A stretch of DNA of 64,000 bases from Polyangiales bacterium (GCA_038231275.1 JBBRLQ010000022.1:67539-131538), one strand, 5' to 3'; counted from the stretch's first letter, positions 23,053-33,079 are shown. Made by a program: numbers and translations. Notes: generated by a model from the sequence alone, not told the origin.

Positions 23053-24420
23053 TCAGGCCGCCGCCGTGATGCGTCGTGGATTCGCCGGGAGTCGAACGAA
23101 GGCGAGCGCCGTGACGAGCGGGACGACGACGAGGCCGTACCGACCTGCGCCGAAGAACACCCCGTGCGCGAGGGCTGTGATCGCGATGACGAGCGCCGCC
23201 CACGGGACGACGAGCGGAAGCTCTGCCACGCGCCGTCGACCGAGCAGCACGACCACGAGGGTCACCGCGAGGTAGGCAGGCCACGCGTGCTCCGTGACGG
23301 CGAAACCGGCCGCGACGAACGCGATCGCCGCGCGCGTGATGGATCGCGGCCCCGGCAGTCGCGCCACCGCGAGCAGCGCGCCGAGGAGGAGGAGGCGCGC
23401 CGCGACCGTCTCGAACGCGCCGAGCGCGAGCTTGTCCACGTCGCGGAGCACGCTGCCGTTCGCGGCGTGGAGGTACCACGGGGCCGCGCCGAAATAATCG
23501 AACGTCGCGGCGAGCTTCGACGGCGTCTTCGCGAGCCACGTGCCTGGCGATCGCACGATCGCTTCGCGGCCCGCGCGCTCGAAGCACGCGTCTTTTCCCG
23601 CCTCGTCCCATACGGTCCGACACTCCACCGGCACGTCGAGCTCGGTCCACGCGCCGGTCGTCGTCTGCGCGCCGATGAGGAGGTTCCATCCGCCGTTGAC
23701 GCTCACGAGCGCGCACCGCTGCATGCGGACACAGTTGCGCGCGGTCCACGGCGCGCAGATCGCGAGGGCGACACACGCGACGCACGCAGCCGCCGCGGCG
23801 CGCGCGCGGAGGGTCGCGCCGGACGCCAGCGCCATGGCGCCGAGCGCCGGGGCGAGGACGAGGCACTGCGGGCGCACCAGCGTCGCGACGCCCATCACCA
23901 TCCCTGCCGCGACCAACCACGCCGCGCGCCTTCGCCCCTCATGATCGCGCGACGCCGCCGCGACCGCCGCCGCGATCACGACGAGCCCCGAGGTGACTCC
24001 CTCGGTCATGATCGCGGAGGTGTACGGAACGAGCGCCGGGTGGATCGCGACGACGATCGCTCCCGCGTACGCCGCCAGGCGCGAGGTGGCGCGGAGGAGC
24101 AGCCGATGCGTCGCGACCGCCGCCGCCGCACCGATGAGTCCGTTCACGGCGCCGGCGACGAAGGGCCCTGCACCGAACGCGGCGTACGCGAGGGCGAGGA
24201 GCGCCGGGTAGCCCACCGGATAGTGTGCGACGTACGTCACCGCGCCGTCGGGCCAGGCCCACGTGTAGCCCTGACCGTGCGCGAGGCGCGTCGCGAGGGC
24301 GTCGTAGTAGACGCCGTCCGCCACCGCCGGGAACGAGACACCCGCCCACGCCAGCCACGCCGCGCGCGCCGCCAGCGCCGCGAGCGCGACGAGGAGCGTC
24401 TCACGCGTAGCGCCCTTCAC
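23053..24420 (-). CDS. GT-C / ArnT-PMT-like integral membrane glycosyltransferase
   Basis: DG..Y..LA..LA.G.GY, YPVGYP, IMTE, LVRP, PWTARN; many TM helices; GTGA overlap with maf. Confidence 0.78.
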   Translation of the reverse strand: MKGATRETLLVALAALAARAAWLAWAGVSFPAVADGVYYDALATRLAHGQGYTWAWPDGAVTYVAHYPVGYPALLALAYAAFGAGPFVAGAVNGLIGAAAAVATHRLLLRATSRLAAYAGAIVVAIHPALVPYTSAIMTEGVTSGLVVIAAAVAAASRDHEGRRRAAWLVAAGMVMGVATLVRPQCLVLAPALGAMALASGATLRARAAAAACVACVALAICAPWTARNCVRMQRCALVSVNGGWNLLIGAQTTTGAWTELDVPVECRTVWDEAGKDACFERAGREAIVRSPGTWLAKTPSKLAATFDYFGAAPWYLHAANGSVLRDVDKLALGAFETVAARLLLLGALLAVARLPGPRSITRAAIAFVAAGFAVTEHAWPAYLAVTLVVVLLGRRRVAELPLVVPWAALVIAITALAHGVFFGAGRYGLVVVPLVTALAFVRLPANPRRITAAA

Positions 24421-25043
24421 GTCGCGATGAGCCCGAGCGCGCCGAGCGCGACCGCGACCTCGCACGCGGGGAGGCCCACGACGTTCGTGTACGAGCCAGA
24501 GATTCGCGGGACGAGCGCGGCCCCCTTCCCTTGCACCGCGTAGCCGCCCGCCTTGTCGAGCCCCTCGCCGCTCGCCGCATAGGCGCGGATCTCGGCGGCC
24601 GTGAGCGCGCGAAACGCGACGAGCGTGGTGACCGTCTCGGCGTGCGCCGGCGCCTCTCCGATCGCACGCGCGCTCCGCGCGATCGCAAAGCGCGTCTTCA
24701 CCTCGTGCGCGCGCCCGGCGAGCCGTGCGATCATCTGCTCGGCTTCGGCGGCGCCTTCGGGTTTTCCGAGGATCGCGCCGTCGACGATCACGCTCGTGTC
24801 TGCGACGAGGATCGCCATCGCCCGCGCGCGCAGATCCGCGGGGAGCGCGCTCGTCACCGCGTCGAGCTTTGCGCACGCGATCCGGACGAGGTACGCGTCG
24901 GCCTCTTCGCCCTCGTGGACGGTCTCGTCGGCCTGGCCGACGACGGTGACGTGGGGGATCCCGAGGCTCGTCAGGATCTCCCGCCGGCGCGGCGATCCGC
25001 TGCCGAGCACCAGAGGCGACGCGTCGCTCAAGAACGAGGGCAC
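24417..25043 (-). CDS. maf: Maf family nucleoside triphosphate pyrophosphatase
   Basis: LVLGSGSPRRREIL, ADT.V..DG.ILGKP, DKAGGYAVQG, NVVGLP. Confidence 0.95.
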   Translation of the reverse strand: MPSFLSDASPLVLGSGSPRRREILTSLGIPHVTVVGQADETVHEGEEADAYLVRIACAKLDAVTSALPADLRARAMAILVADTSVIVDGAILGKPEGAAEAEQMIARLAGRAHEVKTRFAIARSARAIGEAPAHAETVTTLVAFRALTAAEIRAYAASGEGLDKAGGYAVQGKGAALVPRISGSYTNVVGLPACEVAVALGALGLIAT

Positions 25044-25130
25044 GACGCCTCTCTAAAGCAGAAGTGGTTCGACCGGAACGGCAAACGACGCATGCGACCC
25101 GGGCCGCGGCCGTGGTAGCGTGGCACCCAC

Positions 25131-26429
25131 ATGCGAGGCCTCTGCACCGTCGCGCTCGTGAGCGCCGCGATCGCCCTCCTCTCCACGCGCGCGCGCGCCT
25201 CCGAGAACTGTGGCAGCCCGCTCGTGACGACGTGCATCAACAGCGACACGCTCTGGCCTCACGCCGGACCGTCGCAATTTCTCACCGTGGGCGGCACCGA
25301 AACGGTCGCGAAGGGGCAGGTCGGCTTCGGGCTCTTCGCGACGTACCTCTCGCGCCCGATCACGCTTCACCTTCCGTCGCCCGGCCCGGGCGGCAGCAGC
25401 CAGTACGCCGTCAACGATCAGGTGAACGGTACGTTCCTCTGGGCATACGGCGTGACCGATCGCCTGGAGCTCGACGTCGCATTGCCCGTGACGTTCGGCC
25501 AGGGCGGCGCGGGCACCGAGCCGATCACCGGCGGCGCGGGGCTCCAAGACACCGCGCTCCGCGATCTGCGCTTCGGCGCCGCCTACGCCATCGTCCCGCG
25601 CGCGCGACGCGACGCCGAGCGCCAGTCGACCTGGTCCCTCACCGGGCGTTTCGAGACGAGCGCGCCCACCGGCGACGAGGATCAGTTCGCCGGCGAGCGC
25701 TCCGCGGTCTTCCTGCCGAGCGTGGCCGCCGACGCGCGCTACCGCCGCATCTTCGTCGGCGCGGAGGTCGGCGCACGCCTCCGCCCCACCGCCGAGCTCG
25801 CCGGGGCGCGCGTCGGCTCGCAGCTCCTCTTCGCGCTCGGCGCCGGCTACGACATCCTGCCGCGTCGCGATCTCCTGGGAATCATGCTGGAGGCGCGCGC
25901 GCTGCCGACGCTCTCCGAGCAACACGATCTCAACCCGACCGCGCAAGGTCTCGTGAGCACGCCCAACGGCAAGCACATCGTGCCCGCCGAGTGGACGCTC
26001 GCTGCGCGAACGGCGCCCATCGCGGGCGGCGACTTCGTCCTCCACGCGGGCGGCGGCGGGCCCTTGACGACCGACGCCCCCATCACCTCGCCGCGCTTCC
26101 GGTTCATGCTCGGCGTCCGCTACGCGCCTCTTCAGCGCGACAGCGACGGCGACGGCGTCCTCGATCGGGACGATCGCTGCCCGCACCACGCCGGCTCCAT
26201 CGCCTCGGGCGGCTGCGAGCCCGACAAGGCCGCCGAAAAGCCCGTCTTCGAAATGCGCCCGGGAAATCCGGCGTGCGACGACGATCCCGACACCGTCGAC
26301 GGCTTCACCGACGACGCGTGCCCCGACGAGGACGCCGACAAAGACGGCGTCGACGATCGCCACGACAAGTGCCCCTCCCAGGCGGAAGACTTCGCAGGCC
26401 TCCCCGACGGCTGTCCGGAGACTCGATGA
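25131..26429 (+). CDS. Outer-membrane beta-barrel protein with thrombospondin type-3 repeats
   Basis: Signal peptide; amphipathic beta strands; DSDGDGVLDRDDRCP, DADKDGVDDRHDKCP, EDFAG..DGCPE. Confidence 0.8.
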   Translation: MRGLCTVALVSAAIALLSTRARASENCGSPLVTTCINSDTLWPHAGPSQFLTVGGTETVAKGQVGFGLFATYLSRPITLHLPSPGPGGSSQYAVNDQVNGTFLWAYGVTDRLELDVALPVTFGQGGAGTEPITGGAGLQDTALRDLRFGAAYAIVPRARRDAERQSTWSLTGRFETSAPTGDEDQFAGERSAVFLPSVAADARYRRIFVGAEVGARLRPTAELAGARVGSQLLFALGAGYDILPRRDLLGIMLEARALPTLSEQHDLNPTAQGLVSTPNGKHIVPAEWTLAARTAPIAGGDFVLHAGGGGPLTTDAPITSPRFRFMLGVRYAPLQRDSDGDGVLDRDDRCPHHAGSIASGGCEPDKAAEKPVFEMRPGNPACDDDPDTVDGFTDDACPDEDADKDGVDDRHDKCPSQAEDFAGLPDGCPETR

Positions 26430-27268
26430 AATCGCTCACGACCGAAAAAGTACGCCACCTCGTCGTCCGCGCGGATCAGGCGGACACGCTCCCCGACTCG
26501 CTCGTCACCGAGCTTCGCGACCAAGCGGTCACGTGCGGCTTCGTGCGCGGTAGCGGCGTCCTCCGCGACGTTTCGCTGCGCGCGTACTCGAGCGAGCTCG
26601 GAGGCCTCGCGCCGCCGCGCTTCATCGCCGGGCCCGTCCACGTGCTCTCGCTCGAGGGAAGCGTGGGCCTCTCAGGCGGCGACATCTCGCTCGGCCTCCG
26701 CGCCGTCCTCGGACGCGAGACCGAGCGCGGAATGGAGACCTTCGCAGGTGAGCTCGTCAGCGCCCGAGTGGTGGGCCTCGAGCTCCTCGTCGCCGCCTTC
26801 GACGAGCACGCCGCGCCGCGCGCGCTCGATCCCCTCGCGAAGATCTGGCTCCTCGGCGAGGGTGACCCGTCGAAGGCGCCGGCCATCCGCCGCGAGGCCC
26901 GCCCCGAGCTCTCCCCCGCGGCTGCGTTCAGCGAGGCGATCGCTGCGAGCGCCGCAACGGCAGCCACCGTCTCGAGTGCCGAGCGACCTCGGCCGCCCTC
27001 ACCGCTCACCGGCACGGGCCCCGTCGTCCCCCAAAGACCCGTCCGCGTGCAGATAGAGGAGGAGCTCGCGCTCGTCCCCGAAACCGGATCGATCGTCGAC
27101 CACTTCGCGTTCGGCAAATGCGACGTCATCAAGAGCGAGGACGATCGCCTCTACCTCAAGATGCACCGCGACGGCCGCATCAAAGAGATCGCCCTCGAAA
27201 TGCTCAAAGTAACGCCCCTCGAGGACGAGGACGGCAAGAAGAGCTACCGCCTCGCCCGGCGTCTCTGA
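26426..27268 (+). CDS. PPC (DUF296)-like domain protein with a C-terminal PcrA/UvrD-CTD-like small beta domain
   Basis: ATGA overlap; G.G.L..V.L..Y, VLSLEGSV, FAGEL; C-terminal GSIVDHFAFGKCDV. Confidence 0.7.
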   Translation: MKSLTTEKVRHLVVRADQADTLPDSLVTELRDQAVTCGFVRGSGVLRDVSLRAYSSELGGLAPPRFIAGPVHVLSLEGSVGLSGGDISLGLRAVLGRETERGMETFAGELVSARVVGLELLVAAFDEHAAPRALDPLAKIWLLGEGDPSKAPAIRREARPELSPAAAFSEAIAASAATAATVSSAERPRPPSPLTGTGPVVPQRPVRVQIEEELALVPETGSIVDHFAFGKCDVIKSEDDRLYLKMHRDGRIKEIALEMLKVTPLEDEDGKKSYRLARRL

Positions 27269-27310
27269 GCGACCCACCGCGCTGGACTTGCACCGACGGG
27301 CGACCGGGCT

Positions 27311-28225
27311 CTATGCCGGCGTCTCGGCGATCGTCGCGGCGCGCGCGCCGAGGGAGAGCGTCTCGCCGGCCTTCGCGTGGGCGAATTTGATCATCGCCAA
27401 CGCCACCGGCGCGCCGAGGGTCGGGCTGTGCGCCGCGCTCGTCACCTGGCCGACGACGTCCCCGGAGGTCGTCGTCACGCTGTCTCCCTTGGACGGGACC
27501 TCCCCGGCCGCGAGGACCAGCGGCATCAGCTTGCGCTTCACGTGGCCGCGCATCTCGAGCATGCAGACGACCTCCTGTCCGAGGTAGCAGCCCTTGTCGA
27601 AGGAGACCGCGCGCTTCTCGAGCGACGCTTCTTGCGGGTACATCGTCGTGTCGAAGTCGACTCCGAACCGCGGGACGCCGCGCTCGAGGCGCAACGCGTC
27701 CCAGCCCGCGTCGTCGCCCATCGCGCAGACCTCTGCGAGCTTCGCGCGGATTTGCGCGTCGACCGCGGGATCCTTCGGCGAGAGGACGATCGCGCCGCCG
27801 AGCCCGGTCGCGTCGAACGCCGCGCCGTGCGCGCCCGCCGCACGCGCGGCCTCGAGCGCCGCTTCTGCCTTCGGGCCGTGCACGAACGCAACGGTCAGCT
27901 CGCCCACCGCGCCCATCTCCGCGTCCTCCATCACGAGGTATTTGTCGAACGCGGCGCGCAGGGCCTCGATTTCGCTGGCCGGCGCGACCACGAGCACGCG
28001 ATCGGCGTCCGCGACGAAGACGAGATCGGCGAGCATTCGGCCCTTCTGGGCGACCGCCAGGCCATACGCCGCGGCCCCCGGCTGGAGCTTCGTCAGGTCG
28101 CACGTCACGAGGCCGTTGAGCCAAGTGGCTCGATCGGCGCCGCGCACCGGTAGGACGGCGAGCCCCGGCGCGGAGACGTAGAGGGCGCCGGTCCGAGCGG
28201 CGCGTACCTGCGAAGCGACATCCAT
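27311..28225 (-). CDS. ygfZ: Folate-binding protein YgfZ (GcvT family)
   Basis: GADRATWLNGLVT; KGCYLGQEVV signature. Confidence 0.93.
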   Translation of the reverse strand: MDVASQVRAARTGALYVSAPGLAVLPVRGADRATWLNGLVTCDLTKLQPGAAAYGLAVAQKGRMLADLVFVADADRVLVVAPASEIEALRAAFDKYLVMEDAEMGAVGELTVAFVHGPKAEAALEAARAAGAHGAAFDATGLGGAIVLSPKDPAVDAQIRAKLAEVCAMGDDAGWDALRLERGVPRFGVDFDTTMYPQEASLEKRAVSFDKGCYLGQEVVCMLEMRGHVKRKLMPLVLAAGEVPSKGDSVTTTSGDVVGQVTSAAHSPTLGAPVALAMIKFAHAKAGETLSLGARAATIAETPA

Positions 28226-28342
28226 GATCGTACCTATGCCCCTTCCGCACGCGCCGGCGCAAGCCCCCGAGGAGCCGCCCGGCCACGTCTAAGCCTCGAA
28301 AATATTTGACGGTCGCTCTGTCCCGCGGCACACATCCCAACA

Positions 28343-29317
28343 GTGACCATCGGCGTCGTCCTGAACCCGCGCAGTCGCAGGAACCTTCGGGACCCGCGCG
28401 CCGCGAGCCGATTGGCCAGGACGCTCGGCGACAACGGTGTGGTGCGTGAAGCTCGCACCTTGGATGACCTCTACCGAATCGCCGAAGATTTCAAGCAGTT
28501 GCAGATCGACGTCCTCGGCATCAGCGGGGGCGACGGCACCAATCACGTCACGATCACAGGCTTCATCAGCGTCTACGGCGGCAGCCAGCTGCCCCAGATC
28601 GCCTTCTTGCGCGGCGGGACGATGAACACCGTCGCCAACTCGGTCGGTGTGAGCCGCGGAAAGCCCGAAGGCCTCCTGGGCGACCTCATGCAGGCCTACG
28701 CCGCGCGCGCCACCCGGCCGCTCCGCCACGCCGAGCGCCACGTCATGCGCGTCGTCGCCACCGACCGTACGGCCAACCCCGACGCCGATCACTACGGCTT
28801 CCTCTTCGGCACCGGCGTCGTCCGCGGATTCCTCGCGGAGTACTACCGCGGCGGGGAGCCGACGCCCCTCGTGGCCGCGAAGACGCTTCTCCGCGGCGTC
28901 GGCTCCACCATGGTGCGCGGCGAGATGATCACGCGAATGGCCGCGCCGTTCCGAGGAACCGTCGAGCTCCCGGACGGAACGCGCTGGGCCTCGCGGGACT
29001 ACCTGGCGGTCGCGGCCGGCTCGATCGACCACATCGGCCTGAATTTTCGGCCATTCCCGCGGTACGGAGAACGCCAGGACGCCTTCCAGATCCTCGGCAT
29101 TTACGCGACCCCGTTCCAGTTTGTCCGCGATCTTCCGCGCATTTGGCGCGCCGAGCCGATGCGCCCGGGGCGCACGTTCGAGGCGGTCACCGGCGTCGCG
29201 CGCGTCACGAGCGACGACGGCGTGATGAAGTACATGATCGACGGCGACCTCCACGAAGCGCGCGGGCCCGTCGAGCTCCACATCGGCCCGAAGGTTCGGA
29301 TCGTCGTCAACTTGTGA
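28343..29317 (+). CDS. Diacylglycerol kinase family lipid kinase
   Basis: LNP.S, GGDGT, GGTMN..A, MIDGD. Confidence 0.88.
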   Translation: MTIGVVLNPRSRRNLRDPRAASRLARTLGDNGVVREARTLDDLYRIAEDFKQLQIDVLGISGGDGTNHVTITGFISVYGGSQLPQIAFLRGGTMNTVANSVGVSRGKPEGLLGDLMQAYAARATRPLRHAERHVMRVVATDRTANPDADHYGFLFGTGVVRGFLAEYYRGGEPTPLVAAKTLLRGVGSTMVRGEMITRMAAPFRGTVELPDGTRWASRDYLAVAAGSIDHIGLNFRPFPRYGERQDAFQILGIYATPFQFVRDLPRIWRAEPMRPGRTFEAVTGVARVTSDDGVMKYMIDGDLHEARGPVELHIGPKVRIVVNL

Positions 29318-29353
29318 AAGTTGTCATCAATTGTCGCGCGAGGCCTCCGCGCG

Positions 29354-29389
29354 TTGCACAGGAGAAACCCCGTCTCTAGGCTTCGCGGG
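29354..29389 (+). promoter_or_regulatory. Putative sigma70 promoter giving a leaderless transcript
   Basis: TTGCAC-N17-TAGGCT-N7-ATG(29390). Confidence 0.5.
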
Positions 29390-30028
29390 ATGGGGGTTTC
29401 GCGTCTCCTCGCCACGCTCGCGTTGGTCGGCCTCACGGCGCTGACCACGGCGGGGCCTGCGCGCGCGGACGGCCTCGGGGCAGACGAGACCGCGCGCCTC
29501 TTCCGCGGTGAGACGATCACGCGCGAGCAGACGGTCACGCGGGGCAAAGGTCACTACGTCGGCGGCGTCACGTACACGCTCCTTGACGCTACGACCGAGG
29601 AGCTCTCGGATTTGTTCGACGACGTCGCCTCGTACGCGCGCGTGCTCCCCAAGACCAAGCGCGCCACGCTGGTCGGCCGCAACGACGGCGACACGTTCGT
29701 CGAGCTCCACCAAGGCAACGCGTTCGTCGATACGTCGTACACGATCCGCCTGCGCCGCACGGCCGACGCGAACGAGGTGCGCTTCTGGCTCGATCCGACG
29801 AAGCCGCACGGCATCGAGGACGCGTGGGGGTTCTTTCGCTACGATACGGTGATCGACGCCACGGGCGCGCCAAGGGTGCTCCTCACCTACGGCATCCTCG
29901 TCGATCTCGGCCCCGGAATCGTTCGCGACCTGTTCGAGGAGCGCGTCCGCGGCGCCATGCTCGGCGTGCCCGAGCGCGTCCGCGCGTACCTGACCAGCGG
30001 CGCCGGCCGTCGGGTCGCGCGTCAGTAG
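29390..30028 (+). CDS. Secreted SRPBCC/START-like (polyketide cyclase family) protein
   Basis: Signal peptide ending ARA-D; D...Y..VLP motif; beta-rich core with C-terminal helix. Confidence 0.65.
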   Translation: MGVSRLLATLALVGLTALTTAGPARADGLGADETARLFRGETITREQTVTRGKGHYVGGVTYTLLDATTEELSDLFDDVASYARVLPKTKRATLVGRNDGDTFVELHQGNAFVDTSYTIRLRRTADANEVRFWLDPTKPHGIEDAWGFFRYDTVIDATGAPRVLLTYGILVDLGPGIVRDLFEERVRGAMLGVPERVRAYLTSGAGRRVARQ

Positions 30029-30073
30029 CTGCGCAAACTCGTCGGGCTCTGCTAAAACCGGCGGGCGTCCGGC

Positions 30074-31006
30074 ATGCTGAACCGCATCCTCGTCATCGCC
30101 CTCAACACGTACCGCGAAGCCGTGCGCGCGCGTGTGCTCTATGGGCTGCTCGCGTTCGCGCTCGGCACCGCCGTCTACTCGCTCGTCATCGGGACGCTCT
30201 CGCTCCACCAAGAAGCGCGGGTCGTGGCGGACATCGGCGCGGCGTCGATCTCGCTCTATGCGGTGCTGGTCGCGATCGTCCTGGGCGCGACGAGCCTGCA
30301 CCGCGAAATCGAGCTCAAGACCGTCTTTCCTATCCTGACGCGACGCCTTCGTCGCCACGAGTACCTGCTCGGCAAATACACGGGCACGCTCGCCGTGCTC
30401 GGCGTGTTCGTCGCGCTCGACGGAGCGACGGTGCTGACCGTCCTCGCGAGCCAGTCGCCGCAAGCGGGCGCGACCATCGCGGCCGTGATCGGCGCGTTCG
30501 CGATCGCGCTCGTCGTGCTGCTCGTGCGCGTCAAGCACGCGCGCGTCTTCGTGTTCCTCCCGTGGTCGCTCGCGCTGTTCATTGTGATGGCGTTCGTGGC
30601 CGCGCCAGCCGGCGGCGAGCGGCAGCTGGTCGTGGCGAGCTGCATGCTCACGATGTGCGAGGTCGCGATCGTCGCCGCGGTGGCCACGTTCTTCTCGTCG
30701 TTCTCCTCGCCGTTCTTGACGGCGATCTTCACGCTCGGCGTCTTCCTCGTCGGCCGGTCCGCCGACACGCTGAACAACCTGCCGAGCCGCGTCTTCGGCG
30801 AAGAGATCCACGCGGTCGGGCGCGGCCTCGCCCACGTGTTTCCGAACCTCCAGGTGTACGTGCCGCCGCGGCCCATCCTGCTCGGCGAGGTGAGCGCGAT
30901 GCCGACGTGGCCGTTCGTCGGCACCGCGGCGATGATGGCCGCGTTCTACGCCGCCGTGCTCCTCACGATCAGCGCCATCGTCTTCCGGAAGCGCGACTTT
31001 CAGTGA
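30074..31006 (+). CDS. ABC-2 type permease (PilI-like)
   Basis: IALNTYREAVR, REIE.KT...ILTR, YLLGKY.G, FPNL, FRKRDF. Confidence 0.85.
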   Translation: MLNRILVIALNTYREAVRARVLYGLLAFALGTAVYSLVIGTLSLHQEARVVADIGAASISLYAVLVAIVLGATSLHREIELKTVFPILTRRLRRHEYLLGKYTGTLAVLGVFVALDGATVLTVLASQSPQAGATIAAVIGAFAIALVVLLVRVKHARVFVFLPWSLALFIVMAFVAAPAGGERQLVVASCMLTMCEVAIVAAVATFFSSFSSPFLTAIFTLGVFLVGRSADTLNNLPSRVFGEEIHAVGRGLAHVFPNLQVYVPPRPILLGEVSAMPTWPFVGTAAMMAAFYAAVLLTISAIVFRKRDFQ

Positions 31007-31527
31007 GGGCGCGGGCGCTCGCGGCGCTGACCGTCGCGTCGGTGCTCACCGTCGGCGTCGCGCGCCAGATCACGACGGGAGCGCGTGGGATGCAGGCGTC
31101 CGACGAGGCGGTGCACGACGGAAACGTCCGCCAGGCGATCTCGGGGGCGCGCGCGGCGGCTGAGGCGCTCCTTCCGGGGAGCCCTTACCCGAGGCGGGGC
31201 ATGGAGCGGCTCGCGCAGATCGCGCGTGACGCGGAGACGCGCGGCGACGAGGCGACGGCGGCGAGCGCGTGGCGTGCGATGCGCGCGGCGGCCTTGGAGA
31301 CGCGGGCGTCGTGGAGCAACAACGGCGCGTGGCTGCCGGAAGCGAATGCCGGGCTCACGCGGGCGGCGGCGATGGATGCGCCTGCACCTGCGCCCCCACC
31401 GTCAGGCGCCGCGCTGGAGGCCGAGCCCGGCCCGTCGTCGCTCGAGCTCCTCGCGTTCGGCGCGCTCCCGTTTGCGTTGTACGCGGCGGCGACGCGCTTC
31501 CTTCGCGGGGCGCGGCGCAAGGCCTGA
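31003..31527 (+). CDS. Hypothetical membrane protein with a TPR-like middle
   Basis: GTGA overlap with the permease; N- and C-terminal hydrophobic segments. Confidence 0.6.
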   Translation: MRARALAALTVASVLTVGVARQITTGARGMQASDEAVHDGNVRQAISGARAAAEALLPGSPYPRRGMERLAQIARDAETRGDEATAASAWRAMRAAALETRASWSNNGAWLPEANAGLTRAAAMDAPAPAPPPSGAALEAEPGPSSLELLAFGALPFALYAAATRFLRGARRKA

Positions 31528-31618
31528 CGCCGCGAAATCGCTGGCGGAACACCGCTTTGGGGTCGCGCGTTTGGATGCTACGCTGACGGTAGATCGCAAC
31601 GCACACCTCGTCCGTCCA

Positions 31619-33067
31619 ATGTCCATGACCCAGGCCCAGAACCACGGAGGACCCCCGGTTCGCGAGGGAGAGATCCTCGCGGGGAAATACCGCGTGGAGC
31701 GCGTCCTCGGTCAGGGCGGAATGGGCGTCGTGGTCGCGGCGATGCACCTGCAGCTCGAGAGGCGCGTCGCGCTGAAGTTCGTCCTCCCCGAGGCGATCCA
31801 GAGCCCCGAGGCCACCGAGCGCTTCGCCCGCGAGGCCCGAGCCGCCAGCAAGCTGCAGAGCGAGCACGTCGCGCGCGTCCTCGACGTCGGCACCCTCGAG
31901 AGCGGCGCGCCGTACATGGTCATGGAGTACTTGGAGGGGCGTGACCTCGGCCAAGAGGTCGACGCACGTGGCCCCCTCCCCTTCGCCGAGGCGGCGGAGT
32001 TCGTGCTCCAGGCGTGCGAGGCGATCGCCGAGGCGCACGGGCTCGGCATCATCCATCGCGATCTCAAGCCGCAGAATTTGTTCCTGGCGCGGCGCGTCGA
32101 CGGGCGGCCGCTCGTGAAGGTGCTCGACTTCGGCATCTCGAAATTCAACGGCGCGCAATCGGGCGAGAACATGTCGCTCACCAAGACGCACGCGGTGATG
32201 GGCTCGCCGAACTACATGTCCCCGGAGCAGCTCCGCTCGGCGCGCGGCGTGGACGCGCGATCGGACATCTGGGCGCTCGGCGTCATCTTGTACGAGCTCC
32301 TGACCGGCAAGGTGCCGTTCGTTGCGACCAGCGTGACCGAGCTCTGCGCCATGGTGCTCCAGGATACGCCGCGTCCGCTCCGTGAGATTCGCCCCGAGGT
32401 CCCGCTCGCGCTCGGCGACGTCATCGCGAAGTGCCTGGAGAAAGACCCCAATCAACGCTTCCCGTCGATCGCGAGCCTGGCCCACGCGCTCGAGGCGTAT
32501 GCGCTGAGCTCGCAGTCCGGCGTCGGTCAGCGAATCCTCGCGGTCGCGCGGGAATCGAGCGCGCGCAACTTCGGGTCAGGGCCCCCGCCTGCGCCCGGCG
32601 CCACGTCGTCGCAGCAAGTCGCCGTCGCGGGTAGCCCCGGCAAGACGAGCGTCTCGTGGGCCGCGACGGAGCTGCAGAAGCCGGCGAAACGCGGCGTCGG
32701 CCTTTACGTCGCTCTCGGGAGTATCGGCGCGCTCGTCCTCTTCGGTGCGATCGCGCTGGTGGCGTGGCGCGTCCTCTTGCCGAAGTACCGGTCCGTCGCC
32801 GCGAGCCCGAGCCCGACGACGAGCGCAACGGCGCAGCTCGCCGCCGACAAGACCGACGCGGGAGCGATCGCAGCCGCCGCAACTGCTCCCGCGACGCCGG
32901 CCGATCCGACCGCAAATGCGGGGGGTACCGCGGTCGCACAGTCTCCCTCGGCGCCGACGCCGACCGCGAAGAAGCCAGGCGGCCCTGCGCCCCACCCTGC
33001 GGGTCCGACGACGGGAAAGCCGCCGAAGAAGAACCCGAACGACGACGCCCCCGACGAACGAAACTGA
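31619..33067 (+). CDS. Transmembrane Ser/Thr protein kinase
   Basis: GQGGMG, VALK, HRDLKPQN, DFG, GSPNYMSPE, SDIWALG; one TM helix; Pro/Ala-rich tail. Confidence 0.95.
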   Translation: MSMTQAQNHGGPPVREGEILAGKYRVERVLGQGGMGVVVAAMHLQLERRVALKFVLPEAIQSPEATERFAREARAASKLQSEHVARVLDVGTLESGAPYMVMEYLEGRDLGQEVDARGPLPFAEAAEFVLQACEAIAEAHGLGIIHRDLKPQNLFLARRVDGRPLVKVLDFGISKFNGAQSGENMSLTKTHAVMGSPNYMSPEQLRSARGVDARSDIWALGVILYELLTGKVPFVATSVTELCAMVLQDTPRPLREIRPEVPLALGDVIAKCLEKDPNQRFPSIASLAHALEAYALSSQSGVGQRILAVARESSARNFGSGPPPAPGATSSQQVAVAGSPGKTSVSWAATELQKPAKRGVGLYVALGSIGALVLFGAIALVAWRVLLPKYRSVAASPSPTTSATAQLAADKTDAGAIAAAATAPATPADPTANAGGTAVAQSPSAPTPTAKKPGGPAPHPAGPTTGKPPKKNPNDDAPDERN

Positions 33068-33079
33068 GAGGTCCCCGGT

